Assembly: GCA_900552235.1 (NCBI GenBank)
Contig: URYZ01000002.1
Location: 1 to 55,842, forward strand
Source of the DNA: an uncultured Mycoplasmatota bacterium
GTDB lineage: Bacteria; Bacillota_I; Bacilli_A; RF39; UBA660
Length of the DNA: 55,842 bases
Direction of reading: 5' to 3'
The notes under the pieces are model-generated. The model did not search any database. It was given only the letters and a program-made list of their open reading frames with translations, and was not told the origin of the DNA. Of the stretch, positions 7,030 to 16,461 are shown in pieces (positions within the stretch are counted from its first letter, which is position 1; each line of letters begins with the position of its first letter). A program made the position numbers and the translations under genes.

Positions 7030-7899
7030 TTAATATTTATCATTTATCTTTTCATTTAAAATTTCTTCTAGAGTAACAAAGTCATACCCTTTTTGTCTAA
7101 CATACTTTATAATTAAATCTAGTTGTTTTAAGGTATAACTATTTGTATCTAATGAAAATATTTTACCATTTTCTAAATTTTGTTTTATATATGTAAAAGG
7201 AAATATATTAGATACAACCATTGGTTTTATAGTATACATTTTAACTTCACTACATGTTTTTAATACATTAATATCATCTTTTTCAACATAACAATAATTA
7301 TGATTATCTTCATCTATTCTATCAAGTAAAGCATTTGTATATTTTATTGTTTTAATACTATATTTTTTATTATATCCTAAATTACCAAAATAATTATTAC
7401 TTTCATCTAATATTTTTAAAATATTTATATCATCATCTTTTATATTACCATCTATAAAGAATGTTGCACTGACATTATTATTAAATAATATTTTATTTAT
7501 ATTTTCTATATTTTTTAAATCATTAACTTTAAATATTAAACTAACCTCTTTTTTTGTGGTGTTTCCATTTATAACAAATTTATTATAATTATCTTTTATA
7601 CTAATTGTAGGTTTTACAACATCATATACATATAAATTATCATTATATTTCCCAAGTTTTTTCATTTTTGTATATGATTTATCAACATCAACTTCCAATC
7701 CTTCACTGCCTGGTGTTATATAATTATTGTTTATTAAAGCATCAATACTTAATTTATTATAATCATCTTTATTTTTCATAATTTCAATCATTATTGGATC
7801 TTTACTTTTTGAAAATTCAATTAATTTATTTGTATAATAAAAACTAAATACTGTTAATAAACATATTCCAATAACTGTTAAATAAGGTTTGTTTTTCAT
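7030..7899 (-). CDS. membrane-anchored polysaccharide-deacetylase-like (NodB-homology) protein, motifs degenerate
   Basis: I take the ATG at 7899 (SD GAGGA) as the start. There is an N-terminal TM segment. EVSLIFKVND...VSATFFIDGN resembles the NodB TFDDG...ATFF region, but the catalytic Asp pair is not conserved. Confidence 0.45.
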   Translation of the reverse strand: MKNKPYLTVIGICLLTVFSFYYTNKLIEFSKSKDPIMIEIMKNKDDYNKLSIDALINNNYITPGSEGLEVDVDKSYTKMKKLGKYNDNLYVYDVVKPTISIKDNYNKFVINGNTTKKEVSLIFKVNDLKNIENINKILFNNNVSATFFIDGNIKDDDINILKILDESNNYFGNLGYNKKYSIKTIKYTNALLDRIDEDNHNYCYVEKDDINVLKTCSEVKMYTIKPMVVSNIFPFTYIKQNLENGKIFSLDTNSYTLKQLDLIIKYVRQKGYDFVTLEEILNEKINDKY

Positions 7900-7981
7900 T
7901 ATCATCATCCTCATTTAATAATATGAAAAAAAAGATATTTAATTAATAATTAATAAAATTTAAATATCTTTTTAAAATACT

Positions 7982-8797
7982 TTATTTTTGACAATTACTA
8001 CAATAATAAGTACTTCTTCCATTAATTCTATCTTTTTTTATAAGATTTTTACATATTAAACATTTTTCATTTTCTTTTTTATGAACTAATAAATTATTTT
8101 GATGACTACCTATTTTATTATCTACTGATGTATAACTTCTAATAGTAGTACCACCATCTTTTATAGCTTGTTCTAATACTTTTTTTGTATTTTCAATTAT
8201 TTTTTCTAACTCTTCATCATTTAAAGACTTGCCTTTTCGATGAGGATTTATTTTACTTAAGAAAAGAATTTCATCTGCATATATATTTCCTATTCCTGCG
8301 ATTAATTTTTGATCGAGTAACAATGTTTTTATAGGTAATGTTTTATTTTTTAAATTTTCTTTTAAATATGCGATAGTTAAATTTTTATCCCATGGTTCAT
8401 AACCAAGTTTCGATGTAAGAAATTTATTAAGTTCGTCTTTTTTTAATAAATACATCCTACCAAATTTTCTTGTATCTTTATATCTTAATTCTTCATCTTC
8501 AAAAATAAAACTTACATGTTCGTGCTTTTCAAAAGAAGAATTTAATGGTTTAAAAATATATTTACCTTCCATTCTTAAATGACTAAGTAAATAATAATCA
8601 TCTAAACAAAAAATTAACCATTTACCTTTTCTTTCTATATTATTTATTGTTTGATTTTTTATAAGGTTTTTTACTTCTTCAACATCTTGATTTTCAAAAA
8701 TATTAGAATACAATATTTTAATATTTAATATTTTTTTATTTTGTACTTTCTTTAAAAGTGCTTTTTTAACTGTTTCTACTTCAGGTAACTCTGGCAT
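7982..8797 (-). CDS. mutM: formamidopyrimidine-DNA glycosylase
   Basis: It has the MPELPEVETV N-terminus, an H2TH region, and a C-terminal zinc finger CxxC...CxxC (CLICK...YYCSNCQ). Confidence 0.95.
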   Translation of the reverse strand: MPELPEVETVKKALLKKVQNKKILNIKILYSNIFENQDVEEVKNLIKNQTINNIERKGKWLIFCLDDYYLLSHLRMEGKYIFKPLNSSFEKHEHVSFIFEDEELRYKDTRKFGRMYLLKKDELNKFLTSKLGYEPWDKNLTIAYLKENLKNKTLPIKTLLLDQKLIAGIGNIYADEILFLSKINPHRKGKSLNDEELEKIIENTKKVLEQAIKDGGTTIRSYTSVDNKIGSHQNNLLVHKKENEKCLICKNLIKKDRINGRSTYYCSNCQK

Positions 8798-8806
8798 ATT
8801 TCCTCC

Positions 8807-11389
8807 TTAATTAGTATCATACCAACTTTTTCCATAATCTATTTCAACTTTTAATGGAACATCTAGTTTGTATGTATTTTCCATTGTTTCTTTTACTATT
8901 TTTTTTACTATTTCAAATTCTTCATCTAAACAATCAAATAATAATTCATCATGAACTTGAATAATCATTTTAGATTTTAAATTAAGTTTATTAAATTTAT
9001 CATATATTTCAATCATAGCTTTTTTTATAATATCTGCACTTGTCCCTTGAATTGGAGTATTAAGCGCCATTCTTTCACCACTTGATTTAATTATATAATT
9101 AGCATTTTTTAATTCTTCAATATATCTAGTTCTCCCAAATAATGTTTTTACATAACCATCATTATAAGCATCACTAATAAGTTTATTCATATAAGTTTTA
9201 ATCCCTGGATATGTTTCTAAATATTTATCAATGAATTTCTTTGCTTCATGAACATTGATACCTAAATCCTCACTTAAGCCAAAACTACTTATTCCATAAA
9301 GTATTCCAAAATTAACAGCTTTAGCATTTCTTCTCATTGTTTTTGTAACATCTTTTTCATCAACATGAAATATATCCATCGCAGTTTTAGTATGTATATC
9401 TATTCCACTTTTAAAGGCATCAATTAAGTTCTGTGCTTGTGACATATGAGCAAAAACACGAAGTTCTATTTGGGAATAATCACTTGATAAAATAACTGAA
9501 TCATCACTTGCAATAAATGCTTTTCTAATCATTCTTCCTAACTCTTCCCTTACTGGTATGTTTTGTAAATTAGGTTCCATACTTGAAAGTCTACCTGTTC
9601 TTGTTAATGTTTGATTAAATATTGTATGTATTTTATTATCTTCATGTATAAAAGTAGATAAGCCAATTATATAATTGCTATACAATTTTGATAAAGTACG
9701 ATATTCAAGAATAAGAGGAATAACTGAATATGAAAGTAATTTGTTTAAAACATCCCCACTTGTTGAGTAATTACCATCTTTTACTTTCTTAGGATACGGA
9801 ATGTGCATCTTTTCAAATAATACTTTACCCAATTGTTTAGGAGATAAAATATTAAATTCCATTCCTGCTAGATCATAAATAGATTTTTGTATTTCATCAA
9901 GCTTATTTTTTATCTTTTTTCCCATATCATTTAAAATATTTTTTGAAACATATATTCCCACATATTCCATATCAGAAAGAACATATGTTACAGGAAGTTC
10001 TAATTTTGTATATAAATCTAACTCATTTTTATTTTCTAATTCTTCATAGTATTTATTTTTATTTTCATAAATATATTTTGCTTTTAATAAAGCATGCCTA
10101 GCAATTTTTTCTAAATTTAAATCTTTTTCTTTAAATAGTTGTTCTTCAAATTCAATATTAATATTATCAATATTCATAAGATATGATAAATCATCTTTAA
10201 TATTATAATTAAGTAAATATGTTTGAAGCATTAAATCGTTAAATTTATCATCAAATTTTATATTAAAATATTTAAATAATACAAGTGACTTTTTTAAATC
10301 ATATGTATATTTATTAATATTACTATTAAATATAGATGTGTTTTCTAAAGCTTCTTTTAAAACAAATAAACTATTATTTTCATCATATATAGCGATACCT
10401 TCAAGAACTTTATCATGATAGTTTCCTTTAACCAAAGTATAAAATGAAAAATCTTTTAAAATGATTTTTTCTAATTCTTCTTTATTTTTTATTATTTTTA
10501 TATTTTCTACTTTTACCTTTAAAACATTTTGTTTTTCTTCTCTTTTTAAAAATGAATAAAACTCTAAATCTTCAAGTATTTTATTATAATCAGGACTTAA
10601 ACCATTATATTTTATATTTTCTAAATTAACATCAATTGGTACGTCTTTATATATTGTTGCTAATTCTTTACTAAAGAAAGCATTTTCTTTATCGTTTACT
10701 AACTTTTCTTTTAAAGCTCCCTTTATCTCAGGTAAATGTTCGTACACCCCCTCAAGTGACTTATATTTTTTTAGAAGAGTTAATGCAGTTTTTTCTCCAA
10801 CACCTTTTACTCCAGGAATATTATCTGAAGCATCTCCCATCAACGCTTTTAAATCAATCATTTTTATTGGTTCAATACCATATATATTTTTAAATTCATC
10901 CTCATCCATCATAATATAATCACTTGCTTTTAAAAGCTTTACTGTAACATCATCTGATATAAGCTGTAATAAATCTTTATCACTTGATACAATTGTAGCA
11001 ATAAAATCATCATTTTGATCTATTTCTTTAGCAAATGTACCAATTATATCATCAGCTTCATAATTATCTATTTCAAAATATTTTATTCCAAGGGCTACAC
11101 ATAACCTTTTCGCTGCAGGAAATTGAAGTTTTAAATCTTCTGGTATTGCATCTCTTCCTGCTTTATAATCTTTATATTTTTCATGTCTAAAAGTTTTTCC
11201 TTTATCAAATGCCACCATTATATAACTAGGATTTTCTTCTTTTATAATTTTATTAATCATATTAATAAAACCATATAAAGCATTAGTAGGAAAACCTTTA
11301 GAATTTCTTAATATTGTTCCTTTATAGGCAGTAGCAAAATAACTACGAAATAAAATATTATTTCCATCAATTAATATAACTTTTTTCAT
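8807..11389 (-). CDS. polA: DNA polymerase I
   Basis: It has a 5'-3' exonuclease N-terminus (LIDGNNILFRSYFA) and the Pol A motifs DYSQIELR, RRNAKAVNFGILYG and QVHDEL. Confidence 0.97.
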   Translation of the reverse strand: MKKVILIDGNNILFRSYFATAYKGTILRNSKGFPTNALYGFINMINKIIKEENPSYIMVAFDKGKTFRHEKYKDYKAGRDAIPEDLKLQFPAAKRLCVALGIKYFEIDNYEADDIIGTFAKEIDQNDDFIATIVSSDKDLLQLISDDVTVKLLKASDYIMMDEDEFKNIYGIEPIKMIDLKALMGDASDNIPGVKGVGEKTALTLLKKYKSLEGVYEHLPEIKGALKEKLVNDKENAFFSKELATIYKDVPIDVNLENIKYNGLSPDYNKILEDLEFYSFLKREEKQNVLKVKVENIKIIKNKEELEKIILKDFSFYTLVKGNYHDKVLEGIAIYDENNSLFVLKEALENTSIFNSNINKYTYDLKKSLVLFKYFNIKFDDKFNDLMLQTYLLNYNIKDDLSYLMNIDNINIEFEEQLFKEKDLNLEKIARHALLKAKYIYENKNKYYEELENKNELDLYTKLELPVTYVLSDMEYVGIYVSKNILNDMGKKIKNKLDEIQKSIYDLAGMEFNILSPKQLGKVLFEKMHIPYPKKVKDGNYSTSGDVLNKLLSYSVIPLILEYRTLSKLYSNYIIGLSTFIHEDNKIHTIFNQTLTRTGRLSSMEPNLQNIPVREELGRMIRKAFIASDDSVILSSDYSQIELRVFAHMSQAQNLIDAFKSGIDIHTKTAMDIFHVDEKDVTKTMRRNAKAVNFGILYGISSFGLSEDLGINVHEAKKFIDKYLETYPGIKTYMNKLISDAYNDGYVKTLFGRTRYIEELKNANYIIKSSGERMALNTPIQGTSADIIKKAMIEIYDKFNKLNLKSKMIIQVHDELLFDCLDEEFEIVKKIVKETMENTYKLDVPLKVEIDYGKSWYDTN

Positions 11390-11481
11390 AAATACCTCCC
11401 CAAATATATCTAAATTTATTATATCATGAAATAATAATTATTTTTAAAAAAATATAAAAAAAACTTATGATAAATCATAAG

Positions 11482-12528
11482 TTACAATCCAAGTGTATAT
11501 GGATTAGCACTTGTTCCATCTCCTCCGGTTATTTTAATATTTGATTTTAAATATAGGACTGGCCTCACATGAAAATTATGTGTAAAAAACATACCACCTG
11601 AATTATCTATATAACCATTTTGATTTGTATAATAGAAATTAACTCCAAGACCTCTATCAGGATTTTGATCTAATAACCACTCAGCATTTTTAATATTATA
11701 TAACCAATTCGTATCGTTACATGCTCTTATATCATAATTTGATGAATTTTCGTCATATAATTTTTTCGTTTCACAATTACTACTTGCATAGCCATAATCA
11801 CTTGCATACATTACCCCTATTTTTCCTATAAAACTATTTGGATTACTTCCATAGTAAAATTCATTACTTTTTGTATTTTTTGTTTTTCTTTCATAACTAT
11901 ACATATCTACTGGTGTTTGAATTAAACCATTTTGATATTTATATCCATCATATCCACCTAAATAATATTTTGTATTTCCTATCATATTTTGTGTTTCACT
12001 TGTTAACGAACTCAAATACGTTCCATTTAAATTATTATTCATATTCGTTTCTGGCCAAGCTATTTCAACAGAGTTATTACTATCAGCAACATATGTTCCT
12101 ATACTCTCATTTCTTACTAACTTTATTCTATTTTCTATCTTACCTTTTCCATCATCGGTTGGGAATACTCCTATTATTCTCCATACTTCATTATTAAATG
12201 TTACATAGTTTTTTGGATTTGCTCCCCTATATCTATATTCTGTTACACTTTCATTAGTTCCTATTTGAAGTGTTGTATCAGCTTCATGTGTTATGGTGTA
12301 AAGTCCACTGTTATTTTGATTATTAGTTAATTTTATAAGGGTATCTGCCCCACTTTTTTTTAATTCTCCTACAGTAGCTTCAATTACATTATTACTTGTT
12401 TTTGTAAAACTAAATAATGCATAACTTGAGTATCCTATACATACTAATATAATTAAAACTATTGTAAATAAAAAATAACTATTTATTATTTTAATATCTG
12501 TATTTAAAAAACTTATTATTTTTTTCAC
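11482..12528 (-). CDS. secreted paralog-family protein, copy 1 (function unknown)
   Basis: It starts at a GTG and has an N-terminal TM/signal segment ending in SSYALFSF. The core is NSGLYTITHEADTTLQIG...EYRYRGANPKNYVTFNNEVWRIIGVFPTDDGKGKIENRIKL...MYASDYGYAS...NWLY...EWLL...VRPVLYLK...GGDGTSANPY. The same core occurs at 29087-30535 and 37615-39063. Confidence 0.8.
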   Translation of the reverse strand: MKKIISFLNTDIKIINSYFLFTIVLIILVCIGYSSYALFSFTKTSNNVIEATVGELKKSGADTLIKLTNNQNNSGLYTITHEADTTLQIGTNESVTEYRYRGANPKNYVTFNNEVWRIIGVFPTDDGKGKIENRIKLVRNESIGTYVADSNNSVEIAWPETNMNNNLNGTYLSSLTSETQNMIGNTKYYLGGYDGYKYQNGLIQTPVDMYSYERKTKNTKSNEFYYGSNPNSFIGKIGVMYASDYGYASSNCETKKLYDENSSNYDIRACNDTNWLYNIKNAEWLLDQNPDRGLGVNFYYTNQNGYIDNSGGMFFTHNFHVRPVLYLKSNIKITGGDGTSANPYTLGL

Positions 12529-12571
12529 TATATCACAACCTTATTTTATTAACTATTAACTTTATAAGGTT

Positions 12572-12599
12572 ATTATATAATACATCCCCCCCATGTCAA
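12572..12599 (-). promoter_or_regulatory. sigma-A promoter TTGACA - 16 nt - TATAAT with a G7 run (12586-12592) in the spacer
   Basis: On the minus strand the -35 is at 12599-12594, the spacer is TGGGGGGGATGTATTA, and the -10 is at 12577-12572. It is followed by AACCTTATAAAGTTAA, which is shared with the promoter at 89-117. It drives the paralog gene 11482-12528. Confidence 0.5.
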
Positions 12600-12667
12600 T
12601 AATTTTCTTTACACTTTTCAACAATTCAAATTTATAGTAAAATAAATATTGAAAGGAATTGATTAAT

Positions 12668-13888
12668 ATGGAAAAACCACTTGCACTTAAACTAGCTCCA
12701 AAATCTTTAAAAGATGTTATCGGACAAGAACATTTAATTGGTAAAGATAAAATTATTTCAAATATGGTTAAAAACAAAAAAATATTCTCAATGATATTAT
12801 ATGGAGAACCTGGTATTGGTAAAACAAGTATAGCAAACGCCATTGTAAATGATTTAGGTTTTAAATATCGTTTTTTAAATGCTGTTAACAGTAATAAGAA
12901 AGATTTTGAAATAGTTGTAGAAGAAGCTAAAATGTATGATGGAATAATTTTAATCATGGATGAAATACATAGACTTAATAAAGATAAACAAGATTTACTT
13001 CTTCCATGTCTTGAAAGTGGTTTAATTACTTTAATTGGTATGACAACAGCAAATCCATATCATAAAATTAATCCCGCGATTAGAAGCAGATGTCAAATAT
13101 TTAAACTTAATCCTCTTAATGAAGAAGATATTTTAAAAGGTCTTAAAAAAGCTTGTAAATATGAAGATATAAAAGATATAAAAATAGATAATAATACTTT
13201 AAAATATATTTCTAGTTTAGCTAAAAATGATTTAAGATATGCTTATAATTTACTTGAAGTTTCATACTTTTTTAATAAAGATCATATTGTAACTATAGAT
13301 ACGATTAAAAGTATAAATTCAAAAGAAGTATTTGTAAGTGGTGCTGATACTTCTAATCATTATGATAATTTAAGTGCCTTACAAAAATCAATTCGTGGAA
13401 GTGATGTTAATGCTTCTTTACACTATCTTGCAAGACTTATAATATCTGAAGATATTGATAGTATTTTTAGAAGACTTTCTGTTATTTGTTATGAAGATAT
13501 TGGTCTTGCAAACCCTAGCTTAGGTCCTAAACTTGAAGCATGTATTAGTTTAAGTGAAAGAGTTGGACTTCCTGAATGTCAAATAATTCTTTCTAATATT
13601 GTTATTGAAATGAGTTTATCTCCAAAATCAAATACAGCATATCTTGCTATTGATAAAGCTATAAACGATTTAAAAACAAAAGATGTTGGAGAAATGCCAG
13701 ATTATTTAAAAAGCCCTTACATTGGATATTTATATCCACATAATTATAAATCATCACTTGTAAAACAAGAATACTTACCTAGTAATTTAGTAGGAGTTAA
13801 ATATTATATTCCAAAAACATCTTCTAAATATGAAACTTCTTTAAAAGAAGTTTATGAAAAAATAGAAAAATATAAGGAGAATAATTAA
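12668..13888 (+). CDS. rarA: replication-associated recombination protein A (AAA+ ATPase)
   Basis: The ATG at 12668 follows a GAAAGGAA SD. It has Walker A GEPGIGKTS and Walker B LIMDEIHR. The MgsA C-terminal signature HYDNLSALQKSIRGSD...YLARL is present. Confidence 0.9.
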   Translation: MEKPLALKLAPKSLKDVIGQEHLIGKDKIISNMVKNKKIFSMILYGEPGIGKTSIANAIVNDLGFKYRFLNAVNSNKKDFEIVVEEAKMYDGIILIMDEIHRLNKDKQDLLLPCLESGLITLIGMTTANPYHKINPAIRSRCQIFKLNPLNEEDILKGLKKACKYEDIKDIKIDNNTLKYISSLAKNDLRYAYNLLEVSYFFNKDHIVTIDTIKSINSKEVFVSGADTSNHYDNLSALQKSIRGSDVNASLHYLARLIISEDIDSIFRRLSVICYEDIGLANPSLGPKLEACISLSERVGLPECQIILSNIVIEMSLSPKSNTAYLAIDKAINDLKTKDVGEMPDYLKSPYIGYLYPHNYKSSLVKQEYLPSNLVGVKYYIPKTSSKYETSLKEVYEKIEKYKENN

Positions 13889-15771
13889 TGAAAAAAGATT
13901 CATTTATTTATAATTTTTTAATTATTTTATTAATGCAAATATTCTTTAATATCTTTATCTTTCATGAATGTAGTTTAATATTTATATTATTTTGTTTAAC
14001 ATCAAGTATTATTTCTTCATGCATTATTACTATTTTATCAAGACTTACAAATAATATAACAATTAATAAAATACTTAATATAATTCTACTTCTACCTTTT
14101 ATTATAATTATAATAGGTCAAGAAGTTCATTATGAATTTTATAGTTCTTTCTTTTCATTTCTTTCAATGTTAAGTGGTGCTAAACAAGTAATGGGATTTT
14201 TTAATACAATATTTGCTTGTATTATAAATAATGCTTTTTATATAATTGTTTTATTACTTCCTTTTATTTTATTTATTATCTTTAATAAAAAAATTAATTT
14301 TGAAAAATTAAAATTAAAAACTATTTTATATTATATAGGTTCAATTATAATAAGTTTTACCTTAGCTTTATTTATAATAAATAGTGATAAAAATAGTAAA
14401 GATATTTATTCAAAATATAATTTATATAATAATGTTTATTATCCAACTTACTCTGCTAAAACATTTGGAATAATTAAAACATTTAGTTTAGATATATATA
14501 GATATTTTATAAATTTTGAAGATAAAATAATAACTAATGATGTTTTTAATGAAATAAATAATGATAACAATTATAATGTTACTAATATTAATTTTGATGA
14601 TTTAATTAATAATGAAAAAGATTATGATATTATAAAAATGCATGAATATTTTAAAAACAAAGAACCTTCTTTAAAAAATAAATATACGGGTATTTTTAAA
14701 GATAAAAATCTTATCTTTATAACAGGAGAATCTGTTAATATTAATGCAATAAAAAAAGATATTACCCCTACTTTATACATGCTTACACATAATGGTTTTG
14801 TTTTTAATAACTTTTATACTCCTATTTATTATGCTAGTACTAGTGATGGCGAATATACAAATCTTACAGGACTTCTTCCTACTGAAGGAACATGGAGTAT
14901 GATAAAATCAAGTAATAATAATATGAAATATTCTCTTCCTGCAATGTTTAAAACAAATGATTATAAAACATATGCTTATCATAATAATACTTATAATTTT
15001 TATAATAGAGATATTACTTATCCTAATTTAGGATTTGAAAAATATACAGCATGTGGAAATGGTCTTGAAAAGAAAATAAACTGTAATATTTGGCCTGAAA
15101 GTGATTTAGAAATGCTTAATGAAACTTATAATGATTATAAAAATGATGATAAGTTTTTAGCATATTATATGACTGTTAGTACCCATTTAAACTATAAAAC
15201 AACAAATAATGATATTGTTAAGAAAAATATAAATTTAGTAAAAGATTTAGATTATAGTTCTAATGTTTTAGGTTTTATATCAACTCATATTGAACTTGAT
15301 AAAGCTTTAGAAAATTTAATAAAAAACTTAAAAAAAGATAATTTGCTTGATGATACCGTTATTGTTTTACTAGCAGATCATTTTCCATATGGTTTAAGTA
15401 AAAATGAATTAGAAGAATTAAATAAAGATATAAAATATGATGATAGTCTTATTCATAAAAACTTTTTAGTTATTTATAATTCTACTTTAAAAAAACCAAT
15501 TATTATAGATAATTATTCATCAAATATAGATGTCTTACCTACATTATATAATTTATTTGGCTTTAATTATGATTCAAGATTATTAACGGGATGTGATATT
15601 TTATCAAATAATGATGGTATTGTTATTTTTAATGACAGAAGTTTTATTACTAAAAATATTAAATATAATGCATTAAATAATAAATTTAATGATAAAAAAA
15701 ATCTTGTATATGAAAAGTATTTATATTCAAGGCTTATATTAGAAAAGGATTACTATAAATATATCAAGTAA
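13888..15771 (+). CDS. LTA-synthase-family (sulfatase-type) membrane enzyme
   Basis: It has a polytopic N-terminus and an extracellular sulfatase-like domain (FITGESVN, TSDGEYT, YHNNTYNFYNRD, LLADHFPYG). Its start overlaps the rarA stop in a TAATG. Confidence 0.7.
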   Translation: MKKDSFIYNFLIILLMQIFFNIFIFHECSLIFILFCLTSSIISSCIITILSRLTNNITINKILNIILLLPFIIIIIGQEVHYEFYSSFFSFLSMLSGAKQVMGFFNTIFACIINNAFYIIVLLLPFILFIIFNKKINFEKLKLKTILYYIGSIIISFTLALFIINSDKNSKDIYSKYNLYNNVYYPTYSAKTFGIIKTFSLDIYRYFINFEDKIITNDVFNEINNDNNYNVTNINFDDLINNEKDYDIIKMHEYFKNKEPSLKNKYTGIFKDKNLIFITGESVNINAIKKDITPTLYMLTHNGFVFNNFYTPIYYASTSDGEYTNLTGLLPTEGTWSMIKSSNNNMKYSLPAMFKTNDYKTYAYHNNTYNFYNRDITYPNLGFEKYTACGNGLEKKINCNIWPESDLEMLNETYNDYKNDDKFLAYYMTVSTHLNYKTTNNDIVKKNINLVKDLDYSSNVLGFISTHIELDKALENLIKNLKKDNLLDDTVIVLLADHFPYGLSKNELEELNKDIKYDDSLIHKNFLVIYNSTLKKPIIIDNYSSNIDVLPTLYNLFGFNYDSRLLTGCDILSNNDGIVIFNDRSFITKNIKYNALNNKFNDKKNLVYEKYLYSRLILEKDYYKYIK

Positions 15772-15774
15772 TCC

Positions 15775-16449
15775 TTATTTTATTATATCTTTAATTACAT
15801 AACTAGTTATTAAAAGTCCTGCACTACTTGGAACAAAAGAAGTTGAACCAATTGTTTTAGAATTTACTTTTATAGGCATTTCTTTAGAACAACAACAAAG
15901 AATTTTACCTTTTATCTTTTCTTTGTTTACCCAGGTTCTAAGACTTTTAGCTAAAGGATCATAACTAGTTTTTCTTATATCTATTATTTCTAATTTAGAA
16001 GGATCTAATTTATTACCTGTACCACAACAAGTAATAAACTTTATCTTTCTTTTTAAACATTCTTTTATAATTAATTTTTTAGTATTAGTAGAATCTTCAG
16101 CATCAATTAAATAATCTATATTTTCTTTAAATAATTCTAAATAATTATCCTCATTTATAAACTTTGATATTTTCTTTATTTTAACATTTTTATTAATCAT
16201 TAATATTCTTTTTTCGATTTCATCTGTTTTTAATTTTCCGATATTATCTAAATTAGTCATAAGTTGTCTATTTAAATTAGAAATATCTATTTTATCAAAA
16301 TCTACAATTGTAATATTTTCAATACCACTTCTAATTAAACTTTCTACAACATAACTTCCTACTCCCCCTAAACCTATTACTAAAATATGTTTAGTTTTTA
16401 TTTTATTTAAATTTTCTTTACCTATTAAAAGTTCTAATCTTTCAAACAT
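15775..16449 (-). CDS. tcdA: tRNA threonylcarbamoyladenosine dehydratase (ThiF/E1-like)
   Basis: VIGLGGVGSYVVESLIRSGIENITIVDFDKIDISNLNRQ is a Rossmann/E1 signature. The size and C-terminal region are typical of TcdA. Confidence 0.8.
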   Translation of the reverse strand: MFERLELLIGKENLNKIKTKHILVIGLGGVGSYVVESLIRSGIENITIVDFDKIDISNLNRQLMTNLDNIGKLKTDEIEKRILMINKNVKIKKISKFINEDNYLELFKENIDYLIDAEDSTNTKKLIIKECLKRKIKFITCCGTGNKLDPSKLEIIDIRKTSYDPLAKSLRTWVNKEKIKGKILCCCSKEMPIKVNSKTIGSTSFVPSSAGLLITSYVIKDIIK

Positions 16450-16461
16450 ATAAACCTCTTT

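Noticed and set aside
11482-12528. A diversity-generating retroelement or cassette-shuffling system acting on the paralog family.
   Set aside because: The window has no reverse transcriptase, template repeat, invertase/recombinase or silent cassettes. The variation is in whole N-terminal modules rather than in a short adenine-targeted variable region.
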